From positions 1 through 33,266 of the forward strand of contig JAXITB010000001.1 of NCBI GenBank assembly GCA_034680305.1: a stretch of 33,266 nt of DNA, in the 5' to 3' direction. This document shows positions 1 to 9,253 of this stretch, one piece after another; the stretch's first letter is position 1, and each line of letters opens with the position of its first letter. This DNA comes from Polaromonas sp. (GTDB taxonomy: Bacteria; Pseudomonadota; Gammaproteobacteria; Burkholderiales; Burkholderiaceae_C). Made by a program: the position numbers and the translations under genes. The notes under the pieces are model-generated. The model was not told the DNA's origin, did not search any database, and was given only the letters and a program-made list of their open reading frames with translations.

Positions 1-1105
1 CGGTGCCGCCCAGGCCGGAGCAAACCGGGCCGGGCATGCTGCCGGCCGAGCGCGGGCCCACGCGCAGCGAGTTGCCCAGCTCCACCCGGGCGATCGAGCC
101 GCCACCGGTGCCCACCTCAAAGATGTCCATCATTGGAATCTGGATGGGCAAGGCTTTTTCGTAACCGCCGATCAAGGCGCTGCCGGTGGTCAAGGGCCGG
201 CCCTCGCTGATGACGCCGGCCTTGGCGGTGGTGCCGCCCATGTCAAAGGCAATCGAGTCGGGCAGTCCGAGCTGGGCGCAAATGGCCTGCGCCCCGATCA
301 CCCCCGCTGCCGGGCCCGATTCGAGCATGCGCACGCAGTCGCGTCGGGCATGGGCCAGCGGGAACAGGCCGCCGGTGGACTGCACCGCGTAAAAGTCGCC
401 CTGAAAGCCCTGCTGGGCCAGATGCGTCTCCAACTCCCCCAGATAGGCCGACACCCGCGGGCCCACATAGGCATTGGCCACCGCCGTCGAGACGCGCTCG
501 AACTCGCGGTACTCCTGCGACAGCTCGTGCGATGCGGTCACAAAGGCCGATGGGATTTCTTCCTGGACGATGGCCTTGACGCGGCGCTCATGATCCGGGT
601 TGCGGTAGGAGTGCAGCAACAGCACCGCCACCGCCTCGACCCCTTCGGCCTTGAGCTGACGGGCCAGAGCGCGCACCCGGTCTTCGTCCAGCGACTTGTG
701 CAGCGAGCCGTCGGCCCGCAGCCGCTCGCTGACCTCGTGGCGCCGTGAGCGCGGCACCAGGGGCACATGTTTGGAGAAAAACAGGTTGTAGGCGTCGGGT
801 CGATTGACCCGGCCGATCTCATAGATGTCGCGAAAGCCTTCGGTGATCAGGAGCGCCGTCTTGGCCCCGGTGCGCTCGAGCAGCGTGTTGATGGCAATGG
901 TTGAGCCATGCAGGAACAAATAGCCCTGGGTCAGGTCGACCCCGGCGCCATCGAGGGTGTCTTGAATGCCCTGGTGCAGATGACCGTGGGTCGATAAGGC
1001 CTTGCCAAAGGCGATTTCACCCCGGGCCTCATCAAAGCAGGCCATGTCGGTGAAGGTGCCGCCGATGTCGACGGCGATGCGCAGGCGTGTTTGGTTTGAA
1101 TTCAT
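1..1105 (-). CDS. Hydantoinase/oxoprolinase family protein (N-methylhydantoinase A-like), 3' end runs off the window
   Basis: Absent from the ORF track because it has no stop in the window. Manual translation from ATG 1105 gives MNSNQTRLRIAVDIGGTFTDM...HGSTIAINTLLER...TEGFRD...EYREFERVSTAVANAYVGP...ESGPAAGV...FDMGGTTAK...EVGTGGGSIA, all hallmark Hydantoinase_A motifs. Confidence 0.93.
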   Translation of the reverse strand, partial: MNSNQTRLRIAVDIGGTFTDMACFDEARGEIAFGKALSTHGHLHQGIQDTLDGAGVDLTQGYLFLHGSTIAINTLLERTGAKTALLITEGFRDIYEIGRVNRPDAYNLFFSKHVPLVPRSRRHEVSERLRADGSLHKSLDEDRVRALARQLKAEGVEAVAVLLLHSYRNPDHERRVKAIVQEEIPSAFVTASHELSQEYREFERVSTAVANAYVGPRVSAYLGELETHLAQQGFQGDFYAVQSTGGLFPLAHARRDCVRMLESGPAAGVIGAQAICAQLGLPDSIAFDMGGTTAKAGVISEGRPLTTGSALIGGYEKALPIQIPMMDIFEVGTGGGSIARVELGNSLRVGPRSAGSMPGPVCSGLGGT

Positions 1106-1229
1106 GCTTGGCTTGGAACCTAGAAACAGCTTGGGACAGGCCCAAAGGCGCGGCAGCACGGCGGCGCGATCGCGGCCCCGGCATGCAGCCCGGCGGCAGT
1201 CTAGGGCGCCCTCTGGCCAATGCCTAGAA

Positions 1230-1265
1230 TGAAATCCGGTATTTCAGACATGCCCAATTTGGCAT
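1230..1265. promoter_or_regulatory. Two adjacent inverted repeats in the divergent hydantoinase/LysR intergenic region (candidate LTTR sites)
   Basis: TGAAAT-ccggt-ATTTCA (1230-1246) and ATGCC-caattt-GGCAT (1250-1265) in an AT-rich patch just upstream of the LysR gene. Spacing does not match T-N11-A exactly. Confidence 0.4.
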
Positions 1266-1278
1266 AGCAGGAGTGGCG

Positions 1279-2196
1279 ATGCAGGTTCAAGACTTTCGAC
1301 TGTTTCTTGAAGTGGCCGATCTGGGCAGCTTCACCAAGGTGGCCGCCCAGCGCCAAACCGTGCAGTCGCACATCAGCCGGCAGATCAGCGCCTTAGAGCG
1401 CCAGTGCGGGGCGCCCCTGTTCCGGCGCACCGGGCGCGGCGTGGCCCTGACCGAATACGGCGCCCATGTGGCGCAGCGGGCCAGGCTCTGGCTGCATGAC
1501 ACCGAGGCGCTGTGGGCCGAACTGCGCCAGAGTGCGGCGGTGCCGATGGGCGAAGTGCGCCTGGGCATCCTGCCTTCGGCCGCCCACCCCCTGACCACCC
1601 AGGTCTTTGGCCAGCTGCAGCGCGACTACCCGCGCATCCGGCTCAACATCCGAGAGGGCCAGGGCGGCGAGCTCGACGCCATGCTGGACTCGGGCGCGGT
1701 GGACATGGCGATTTTGTTTCGCTACGACCGGCCCAGCACACCCGACGAAACCCTGTTGGCCAGCGCGGGCACCTACCTGGTGTCGGGGCCTGGTCAGGCC
1801 CTGACCCGCGCCGAGACGGTGGACTTCAAACGGCTCGAAGGACTGCCCCTGGTACTGCCGCGCCGGCCGGCCCATTGGCGCGCGATACTGGACCAAACCG
1901 CCCGCAGCAAGGGCTTTGCCTTTGACGTCGCGGTGGAGGCCGATTCACTGACCCTGCAAAAGCAGCTGATCGCCGATCACCCCCACCTGTTTGCTTTGCT
2001 GGGCCCGTTTTCAGTGAACAAGGAGTTGCAGTCGGGGCAACTGCAAGCGGCCCGCGTGGTCGCGCCCGATTTGAAGCGCTATGTGACTCTGGCTCGCCCC
2101 AAGCAAGGGCAGCTGACCCAGGCCAGTCAGATCGTCTGGCAACTGATCACGCGCACAGTGCGCGCGTGGCAGGGGCAGCTCAGCGAGCCGTCGTGA
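1279..2196 (+). CDS. LysR-family transcriptional regulator
   Basis: N-terminal HTH (FLEVADLGSFTKVAAQRQTVQSHISRQISALE...LFRRTGRGVALTEYG) plus substrate-binding domain. AGGAG 6 nt before ATG 1279 (track start GTG 1273). Divergent from the hydantoinase gene. Confidence 0.95.
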   Translation: MQVQDFRLFLEVADLGSFTKVAAQRQTVQSHISRQISALERQCGAPLFRRTGRGVALTEYGAHVAQRARLWLHDTEALWAELRQSAAVPMGEVRLGILPSAAHPLTTQVFGQLQRDYPRIRLNIREGQGGELDAMLDSGAVDMAILFRYDRPSTPDETLLASAGTYLVSGPGQALTRAETVDFKRLEGLPLVLPRRPAHWRAILDQTARSKGFAFDVAVEADSLTLQKQLIADHPHLFALLGPFSVNKELQSGQLQAARVVAPDLKRYVTLARPKQGQLTQASQIVWQLITRTVRAWQGQLSEPS

Positions 2197-2322
2197 GCGG
2201 CTGCGGGGCGTGGAACACCCCCAAGGGATCGGTCGATGCGATAACGCCACGCAGGGGCGGCCTTGTTCGACCAGCCCCATGGCGGCCCTTGGCGGCATGA
2301 CGCCAAAGGCGCTCGGCGCGCC

Positions 2323-3294
2323 TCAATCGGGCTTGATGTTTCGCGAACGGATGACCGGCCGCCAGCGCTCGATTTCCGACTGCAAATAGGCCGCCATTTC
2401 GGCCCGCGTCATCAAACGAGGGTCGGTGCCCGTGCGCGTGATGGCCTCGCGGACGTCCCGGGTCTCCAGCACGGCCCGGATGTCCTGCTGAATGCGCTGC
2501 TGCAGCGGCTCCGGGGTCGCGCTTGGAATGAACAGGCCAAACCAGCCGCCCGCCTCAAACTGCGCCAAAGCAGGGATGCCGGCCTTGTTGATCGGTGGGA
2601 CCTGCGGCATGCGCGGATTGGGAGCCGAATAGCCGTGGCCGAGCACCTTGAGCTTGCCGGTGGCCACATGGGCCATTGTGGCCGGCGAGTCGAACAGGGC
2701 GTCGACCTGCCCGCCCAGAAGGTCGTTGATGGCCGGTCCGTTCCCCTTGTAGGGCACATGCACGATCTGTACGCCCGCCATGTCGGCAAACTGCTCGGCC
2801 GCAATGTGCGGGCTTGAGGCATTGCCGGAAGAGGCAAAGGTCAGCTTGCCAGGGTTGGCCTTGCCATAAGCGATCAGCTCGGCCAGGGAGTTCACCGGCA
2901 GGCTGGCGCGAACGTACAGAACGCTGGGGCTGTCAGACACCATGGCCAAGGGCGCCAGCGCCTTGGGGTCATAGGGCAGGCTGGGCAGCATGATCTGGTT
3001 ACCGATGTAGCCGAAGGCCGTCATCAACAGGGTATGGCCGTCGGCCGGCGCACGTGCCACATGGGCGGTACCGATGGTGGTACCACCGCCCGCACGGTTT
3101 TCGACCACCACGTTCTGGCCCCAGCGCTCAGCCAATCGGGGGGCGATCACACGGGCGACCACGTCGGTCAGGCCACCGGCCGTGTAGGGCACGACGATGG
3201 TCACCGGCTTGCTTGGAAACGTCTGGGCATGGGCGGGCGCCAGGGCGATCGCGGCAAGGGTCAAGGCAGTCAACAGTTGTCTTCTTTGCATCAT
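2323..3294 (-). CDS. Bug/TctC tripartite tricarboxylate transporter substrate-binding protein
   Basis: Signal peptide (QRRQLL...AHA), FPSKPVTIVVPYTAGGLTDVVAR, VENRAGGGTTIG, APADGHTLL, HVPYKGNGPAINDLLGGQVD. Confidence 0.95.
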   Translation of the reverse strand: MMQRRQLLTALTLAAIALAPAHAQTFPSKPVTIVVPYTAGGLTDVVARVIAPRLAERWGQNVVVENRAGGGTTIGTAHVARAPADGHTLLMTAFGYIGNQIMLPSLPYDPKALAPLAMVSDSPSVLYVRASLPVNSLAELIAYGKANPGKLTFASSGNASSPHIAAEQFADMAGVQIVHVPYKGNGPAINDLLGGQVDALFDSPATMAHVATGKLKVLGHGYSAPNPRMPQVPPINKAGIPALAQFEAGGWFGLFIPSATPEPLQQRIQQDIRAVLETRDVREAITRTGTDPRLMTRAEMAAYLQSEIERWRPVIRSRNIKPD

Positions 3295-3339
3295 GGGCAC
3301 TCCCGTTGGGGTTGAGATGAAGTCATGCCATCGTACGAG

Positions 3340-5241
3340 TCAGGGCTCGGCGACATTGAACATGGGCGAAAAAATCTCCAGCGTCTGGGCGAAAGCCCGC
3401 AGCAGGTCGACACGCCCGTGCACTTGCACAGAGCCGTCGTCGATGGCCTGGGTCAGGCCTTGCGGCTCCTTGAGCAAGCGGGCCAATTGCGCGCGAGGGG
3501 TCACGATGTGGCCGTCGACCGGCCCCTCATGGTGCCCAGGCAAGTGGCTCAGCGCCCCATGCGACAGCGTCAGTCGCTGCGTCTGCGTGCGGCCGTCCTC
3601 CTCGGTCAGGGTCCAGTTGAAGCGGACCTGCAGGTCTTGAGCCTTCTGACCATCAATGCGGATGGCCAGCAACTCCAGGAAACGGGCCAAGGGCAGCAAG
3701 GACAGCATGTCGGCGCTGATGGGCAAGGTCGGATGCGCGTTGGCGCCCGGCGGATGACGCAATTCCTGGGCGGCCAGCAGGTAACTGTTGCGCCAGGTGC
3801 TGGACTCAGACTGGTAGCCCAACTGCTCAAGGGCGTCGGCATAAAGGGCGCGCGCCGGACCATGATCGGGCTGGGCAAAAACCACCTGCTTGAGCACGCG
3901 CACGACCCAACGAAATTCGCCGAGTTCAAAGTCGCGGCGGGCACGCTCCAGCACTTGGTCGGCGCCCCCCATGTAGGACACATAGCGCCGGGCCTCTTCT
4001 TGTGGCTCCAGGGGGTGCAAATTGGCGGGGTTGCCATCGTAGGGGCCCAGGTAGTGCGCGTAAATCGCCGCCACGTTGTGCACCACCGCGCCGTAATAAC
4101 CCCGCGCAAACCACTGCCGCGACAGGGCATTGGGCATGAGCAGACGCTCGCCGATTTCAGGCGGCGTCAAGCCGTGGCTGGCCAATCGCAAGGTCTGGTC
4201 GTGCAAAAACCGGTACATGTCACGTTGACCCGATACAAACTCCACCATGCGCGCCTGCCCCCAAACCGGCCAGTGGTGCTGGGCGTACACCACATCCACC
4301 TGCGGCACAAACTTGTGCAGCGCCTCGTCGAGGTAGCGCGACCATGCCAAGGCATCGCGGGTCTTGGCGCCGCGCAAAGGGCAGAGGTTGTGCATGGTGT
4401 GGCAGATGTTTTCCGCCAGATTGAGCGCCCGCAATCCGGGGAAAAAGACATTCATCTCCGCCGGCGCCTCGGTGCCCGGGGTCAACTGGAAAACAAAATC
4501 GACGCCGTCGATGCACATCGCTTGGCTGCTGTCGGTGATGGCGTGCGTGGGTGCGATGAACCCATCACGGCCACGGCCCACGGCCTTGCCCAGCCCCGAG
4601 TCGATGTGGCCCATGATGCCGGGCGGCAAAGTCGTGCCAAATTGGTAGACCGAGCGCCTTCGCATCGGCACGCCGGCCAGCATGGTTTCGGTAAAAGCCT
4701 CCTCCAGCAATCCAGCCGGCGCGATGATGGGCACGGCCCATTCGCGGGCCTGCGCGTGCGTCAGGATGCCGGCTGCGCCGCCATAGTGGTCGCGGTGGCT
4801 GTGCGTATAGACGATGGCCCGCACCGGACGATCACCCCGGTGCGAGCGATACAGCTCAAAAGCCGCACGCGCCGCCTCCACATAGGTCAAGGGGTCGATG
4901 ACGATGACCCCGCTGTCCCCTTCAACGAAGGTCACATTGGCCAGGGAAAAGCCACGCACCTGGTAGATGCGATCGGTCACCCGAAACAGGCCGTGAATCG
5001 CATTGAGTCGGGCCATGCGCCAAAGGCTGGGGTGCACCGTATCGGGGGTCGGCTCCTGATTAAGGAAGCCATAGGCGGCCATGGACCAAGCCGGTCCACC
5101 GCTGTCTGCGTTGTAGGCGGCGTCTTCGGTGCTGCCCAGAAAACCCCGGCGCGCATCCTCGAAATCGCGCTCGTCGGCAAAGTTCAGGGATGCACCGGCC
5201 CGCTGCTGGGCGGCGCGGGTTTGCGGATGAGCGGGCTTCAT
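3340..5241 (-). CDS. Alkyl/aryl sulfatase, SdsA1/Bds1 type (metallo-beta-lactamase fold, dimerisation domain, SCP2-like C-terminus)
   Basis: DFEDARRGF, PDTVHPSLWR, IYQVRG, metal motif THSHRDHYGG, TPGTEAPAEM, HNLCPLRGAKTRD, QHHWPVWG, HDQTLR, RGYYG, C-terminal FNVAEP. No signal peptide. Confidence 0.92.
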   Translation of the reverse strand: MKPAHPQTRAAQQRAGASLNFADERDFEDARRGFLGSTEDAAYNADSGGPAWSMAAYGFLNQEPTPDTVHPSLWRMARLNAIHGLFRVTDRIYQVRGFSLANVTFVEGDSGVIVIDPLTYVEAARAAFELYRSHRGDRPVRAIVYTHSHRDHYGGAAGILTHAQAREWAVPIIAPAGLLEEAFTETMLAGVPMRRRSVYQFGTTLPPGIMGHIDSGLGKAVGRGRDGFIAPTHAITDSSQAMCIDGVDFVFQLTPGTEAPAEMNVFFPGLRALNLAENICHTMHNLCPLRGAKTRDALAWSRYLDEALHKFVPQVDVVYAQHHWPVWGQARMVEFVSGQRDMYRFLHDQTLRLASHGLTPPEIGERLLMPNALSRQWFARGYYGAVVHNVAAIYAHYLGPYDGNPANLHPLEPQEEARRYVSYMGGADQVLERARRDFELGEFRWVVRVLKQVVFAQPDHGPARALYADALEQLGYQSESSTWRNSYLLAAQELRHPPGANAHPTLPISADMLSLLPLARFLELLAIRIDGQKAQDLQVRFNWTLTEEDGRTQTQRLTLSHGALSHLPGHHEGPVDGHIVTPRAQLARLLKEPQGLTQAIDDGSVQVHGRVDLLRAFAQTLEIFSPMFNVAEP

Positions 5242-5271
5242 GCGGTCAAGTCCGGCTCACTGCGAGCTGCG

Positions 5272-6057
5272 TCATTGATAGAGATTGGACAAACTGGCCT
5301 TGAGGAAGCCCCCGTCGACCACGATGTCCTGACCGTTGACGTAAGCGGCCGCATCACTGGCCAGGAAGCCGACCGCGTCACCAATGTCCATGGGCCGACC
5401 GATGCGGCGCAGGGGAATCTTGGACTGGCGCGCCTGCAAGTGGCCGGGTTGCTGGTAATAGGCCTCAGACAAGGGGGTACGGATCATGCCCGGGCTGATG
5501 CTGTTGCTGCGGATGCCCCGCGGGCCCCACTCAACCGCCATCTGGTGAGTCAGGCCCAAGAGCCCCGCCTTAGCCGGGCCGTAGGGGCCGACCTGAGTCG
5601 CCACCTGGGCCGCAATCGAGGCCACATTGACGATGCTGCCGGCCTCCTGCTCAAACATCAGCGGCACCAGCGCCTGCGCACACAGCAGCGCGCCACGCAG
5701 ATTGACCTGCATCAGCCGGTCCCAGTCCTCCAGAGGGAACTTCTCCAGCGGCGCGACCGGTGCACTGACGGCGGCGTTGTTGACCAGCACGTCACAGCGT
5801 CCCCAACGGCCGCGCACAAAGCGGCCCATGGCCTGGACTTCAGCGGGCTGGGCGATGTCACAACCCATGGCTGCGCCGTCCGGCGTATCTTCAGGGCTGG
5901 CCGGGTGGCTCAGGTCGACTCGAAGCACCTGCGCGCCCATCGCAGCCAAGCGCTCACAAATGGCCAGGCCCAGACCGCCGGCCGCGCCAGTGACCACGGC
6001 CACCCGACCTTGCAGGGCTCGGGCATCGAAGGCGGGTGCAGCCAGCGGCAGGTTCAT
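5272..6057 (-). CDS. SDR family NAD(P)-dependent oxidoreductase
   Basis: TGAAGGLG, LVNNAA, catalytic Ser (NVASIA), YGPAK (YxxxK), ISPG, VDGG. Confidence 0.95.
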   Translation of the reverse strand: MNLPLAAPAFDARALQGRVAVVTGAAGGLGLAICERLAAMGAQVLRVDLSHPASPEDTPDGAAMGCDIAQPAEVQAMGRFVRGRWGRCDVLVNNAAVSAPVAPLEKFPLEDWDRLMQVNLRGALLCAQALVPLMFEQEAGSIVNVASIAAQVATQVGPYGPAKAGLLGLTHQMAVEWGPRGIRSNSISPGMIRTPLSEAYYQQPGHLQARQSKIPLRRIGRPMDIGDAVGFLASDAAAYVNGQDIVVDGGFLKASLSNLYQ

Positions 6058-6131
6058 GGCGTGCTTGTCAGTGCGTCAGTCGGCCGGGCTTGATGACAGC
6101 CGCAAGGGTAGGCGGGTCCCATCGGTGGGCT

Positions 6132-7199
6132 TCAGGCCGTTGCCAGATCGCGCTGGCCAACCTCCTTGCGGATGGCCGGGATGATGCGCTCGCCCCACAA
6201 CTCGATCTGGCGCAGCATGGTCGCCTGATCGCAGTCGCCCAACTGGGTCTGCAGCGCAATGTGTTTAGGCCGCAAGATGGCGATTTCCTCGAGCATCTTG
6301 TCAATCACCTCGTTGACCGATCCGACGGGCAAGTTCTGGCGCAACTGTGCCATCGTCGGGTCGGTGGGAGAAGGCAATTCCTTGATCATGTAACCGTCAT
6401 CCGACTGAGCCCTGCGGTGCTTCAGGCTCTCGGAGACACGGCGTTGAAATCGGGCGTTGTCCAGGTAGTGGTCGATGTCGCTTTCACGGTCTGAGGCAAA
6501 AGCACAGCGCAGGAAACCGAACTTCACATCACGATCCAGATCCTTGCCATGGGTTTGGGCCACCTGCTCCAGACGGCCGCGCAAGTCGGTGATCGCCTCG
6601 TTGCCATTGAGCAATGCGGTGACGAACAGGTTATGGCCCTCACGCATGCCGCGTCCCAAGGTCACCGGGTTGCCGGATGTGATCCAGATGGGCGGCATCG
6701 GATCTTGCAGGCATCGAACCGCCACCGCGCTGGGCGGCATGTGCAAATGCTTGCCCTCGTGCTCGAAGATCTTCTGGGTCAGGCCCTTGGGGATCAGGTC
6801 CAGGAATTCATTGAAGATCTCGAAGGACTCGGCGATGTTCACACCGAAGCGCTCGAACTCGAACTCCTGATAGCCCGAGCCCACGCCCAGTTCCAGTCGA
6901 CCGTTGGAGACCGTGTCGACGAAGCCGACCTCGGCCAGAAACCGTGCTGGGTGATACAGCGGCAAGATGCACACCGCCGTGCCCAGGCGGATGCGCCGGG
7001 TCTTGGCCGCCACATGGGCGATCATCATCAGCGGCGAGGGCGACAGGGAGTAGTTGTTGAAGTGATGCTCGGCGTACCAGGCGGTGTTGAACCCCGCCTG
7101 CTCGGCCACCACCGTCTGCTCAATGGCGTTGTGAATCACCTGCTGCGAGCTTTGGTGGTAGCCGCGCTGCTGGGCCAGGATAAAAACGCCAAATTCCAT
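6132..7199 (-). CDS. LLM-class (bacterial luciferase-like) flavin-dependent oxidoreductase
   Basis: MEFGVF, AEQAGFNTAWYAEHHF, TRRIRLGTAV, VDTVSNGRLELGVGSGYQEFEF, PPIWI, C-terminal IELWGERIIPAIR. GAGG RBS. Confidence 0.93.
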   Translation of the reverse strand: MEFGVFILAQQRGYHQSSQQVIHNAIEQTVVAEQAGFNTAWYAEHHFNNYSLSPSPLMMIAHVAAKTRRIRLGTAVCILPLYHPARFLAEVGFVDTVSNGRLELGVGSGYQEFEFERFGVNIAESFEIFNEFLDLIPKGLTQKIFEHEGKHLHMPPSAVAVRCLQDPMPPIWITSGNPVTLGRGMREGHNLFVTALLNGNEAITDLRGRLEQVAQTHGKDLDRDVKFGFLRCAFASDRESDIDHYLDNARFQRRVSESLKHRRAQSDDGYMIKELPSPTDPTMAQLRQNLPVGSVNEVIDKMLEEIAILRPKHIALQTQLGDCDQATMLRQIELWGERIIPAIRKEVGQRDLATA

Positions 7200-7250
7200 G
7201 GTGTGCCTCCGCTTCAGATCGGTGCGTCTGAATGTCTGGTGAATTCTGGG

Positions 7251-7274
7251 CTATTCTTTTCCCATCGAGAATAG
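7251..7274. promoter_or_regulatory. Candidate LysR binding site in the divergent LLM/LysR promoter
   Basis: Perfect 7-bp inverted repeat CTATTCT-N10-AGAATAG containing T-N11-A spacings (7258/7270, 7259/7271). Confidence 0.5.
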
Positions 7275-7314
7275 ACGTAATGCGCGATTCTGTGCTGCAG
7301 ATTTTGGAGGAATC

Positions 7315-8301
7315 ATGGACCGTTTGCGAGCGATGGAGCTCTTCCTCTCCGTGTCCAAGACCGGCAGCTTTTCCGAGACGGCGCGCAATTTCGGCATCTC
7401 TGCCACGGCCGTCTCACGCGCCATCACCGACTTCGAGCGATCTTTGCAGATCCAGCTTTTGCTGCGCTCGACCCGACAGGTGATCCTGACCGAATCGGGC
7501 AAGGCTTACGCGCAGCAGCTGGAGGGCATCCTGTGGAACATCGGCGAAATTCATCGGCACATCACGGAAATCGGTGCGGCCCCCAAGGGGCAGTTGCGGG
7601 TGCACTCGCGCATGATGTTCGGGCTGCGGGTGCTGCCACCGGTCATTGCGGCCTTCCGCCGTGAATACCCGGACATTCACATCGAATTGATGCTTTCGGA
7701 GTCGCCGGTGGACTTGCGCCGCGAAAAAATCGACATCGACTTTCGCATCGCGCCACCGATGGAGGCCGGCATCAAGCGGCGGCGGCTGTTCAGAAGCGAG
7801 CGCTACCTGGTGGCCTCGCCGCGGTATCTGGCTGGCCGGCCACCGCCCAGCACCCCCATGGAGCTAAGCCAACATGACTGCCTGGCCTACCTGCTGCCCG
7901 GAGAACACTACCAGTGGCTCTACCGGGACAAACCCGGCAAAGAGGTGCAGGCCTTCGGCTTCAAGCCCAGACATGTCACCAACAATGGCATGGCCCTGCT
8001 TGAGTTGGCCCGACTGGGCGAGGGCGTTGCCCTGCTCGACGACTACACCGTGCAGCCAGACCTGGAGCAGGGCAGCCTGGTGCGCCTGCTGAGCAGCCAC
8101 CAATTCACCAACACCACCTTCGACGAAGGCATGCAGGCCACGATTTTGGACACCCCACTGGTGCCAACCAAGATCCGGCTGTTCCTGGACTTTGTGGCTG
8201 CGCGCGTATCGGGCGAGTCCTCTCGATTCACGGCAGTGCAGTGGGCAAGCCCTGCGACGCGGGGCACCGGCACCCGGGCCAAGGACCCCGCACACGGCTG
8301 A
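7315..8301 (+). CDS. LysR-family transcriptional regulator (CrgA/DmlR-like)
   Basis: MDRLRAMELF...GSFSETARNFGISATAVSRAI...LLRSTRQVILTESG; PKGQLRV; VASPRYL. GGAGG RBS. Divergent from the LLM operon. Confidence 0.95.
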   Translation: MDRLRAMELFLSVSKTGSFSETARNFGISATAVSRAITDFERSLQIQLLLRSTRQVILTESGKAYAQQLEGILWNIGEIHRHITEIGAAPKGQLRVHSRMMFGLRVLPPVIAAFRREYPDIHIELMLSESPVDLRREKIDIDFRIAPPMEAGIKRRRLFRSERYLVASPRYLAGRPPPSTPMELSQHDCLAYLLPGEHYQWLYRDKPGKEVQAFGFKPRHVTNNGMALLELARLGEGVALLDDYTVQPDLEQGSLVRLLSSHQFTNTTFDEGMQATILDTPLVPTKIRLFLDFVAARVSGESSRFTAVQWASPATRGTGTRAKDPAHG

Positions 8302-8398
8302 GACTCCCCCGATTTTCGCAGGACAGATCCAAGCTTTACACAGGCAATCGATCGGCCTTCCGTCCATAGAATCCGCCAAACATCGGAGGGAGACAGGC

Positions 8399-9196
8399 AT
8401 GACGCAGCCCCAGGGCGCCGAAGACCAGGATCGAGCCGGCTTGCGCCTGCAGGTCAGCGATGGCGTGGCGGTCGTGACGCTGGACAGGCCGCCGGTCAAC
8501 GCCCTGGATCGGGCCCTGCGTGCGGCCATCGTTGCCACCTTTGATGCACTTTCGGAGCGTCAGGAGGTGCGCTGCGTGGTGCTGACCGCCGCGGGCCGGG
8601 TGTTTTGCGCCGGGGCCGACCTCAAGGACAGGCCCGACCCCACACAAAAAGGTGATTTTCTCGGGCACAACCGCATCACCCGAGAAACAACCAACGCCAT
8701 CCGGGAATGCGCCAAGCCGGTGATTGCAGCGGTCAACGGGGCAGCCCTGGGGGCCGGTCTGGGCCTGGTGGCGGCCTGCGACATCCTCTACGCATCAGAG
8801 TCGGCCAGCTTCGCCATGCCCGAAATTGACGTGGGCTTGGCCGGTGGGGCCGCCATGCTCAAAACGCTGCTCGGTCGCTCCACGCTGCGCCGCATGCTCA
8901 TGACCGGCGATCGCCTGAGCGCGCAGGACATGCTGCGCCGCAATGTGCTTGAAGAAGTTGTGGCAGCCGACGAACTGCTCCCGCTGGCCATGGCGACAGC
9001 CCGAAAAATTGCAGCCAAGGCGCCCCTGGCCGTGCAGTACGCCAAGCGTTCGGCCAATATGGTCGACGTCATGCCGCAGCGCGATGCCTACCGCTTCGAG
9101 CAGGAGTTCACCATGGCCCTGTCCCGGACGGAGGACGCCCGGGAGGCGCGCATGGCCTTCCTCGAAAAGCGCGAACCACGCTTTCTGGGCCGCTGA
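8399..9196 (+). CDS. Enoyl-CoA hydratase/isomerase (crotonase) family protein, paralog 1
   Basis: Start reassigned to ATG 8399 (GGAGGGAG RBS). VTLDRPPVNAL, FCAGADL, KPVIAAVNGAALGAG, ACD, FAMPEI, AFLEKREP. Confidence 0.93.
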   Translation: MTQPQGAEDQDRAGLRLQVSDGVAVVTLDRPPVNALDRALRAAIVATFDALSERQEVRCVVLTAAGRVFCAGADLKDRPDPTQKGDFLGHNRITRETTNAIRECAKPVIAAVNGAALGAGLGLVAACDILYASESASFAMPEIDVGLAGGAAMLKTLLGRSTLRRMLMTGDRLSAQDMLRRNVLEEVVAADELLPLAMATARKIAAKAPLAVQYAKRSANMVDVMPQRDAYRFEQEFTMALSRTEDAREARMAFLEKREPRFLGR

Positions 9197-9253
9197 TGTC
9201 CCACCGCTGTTTTTCTCGCCCGCACTCACCCAAGAACCACAAGGAGACAAGTC

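Noticed and set aside
3325-6093. 922-aa plus-strand ORF spanning two genes
   Set aside because: It is antisense to the well-supported sulfatase and SDR genes and has no motifs. Long stop-free shadow frames are expected in high-GC coding DNA.
8192-8398. N-terminal extensions of track ORFs (crotonase here; similarly 14301, 17918, 21273, 22150, 32828)
   Set aside because: They overlap neighbouring genes or non-coding elements. Downstream starts have better RBS or coupling and match family N-termini.
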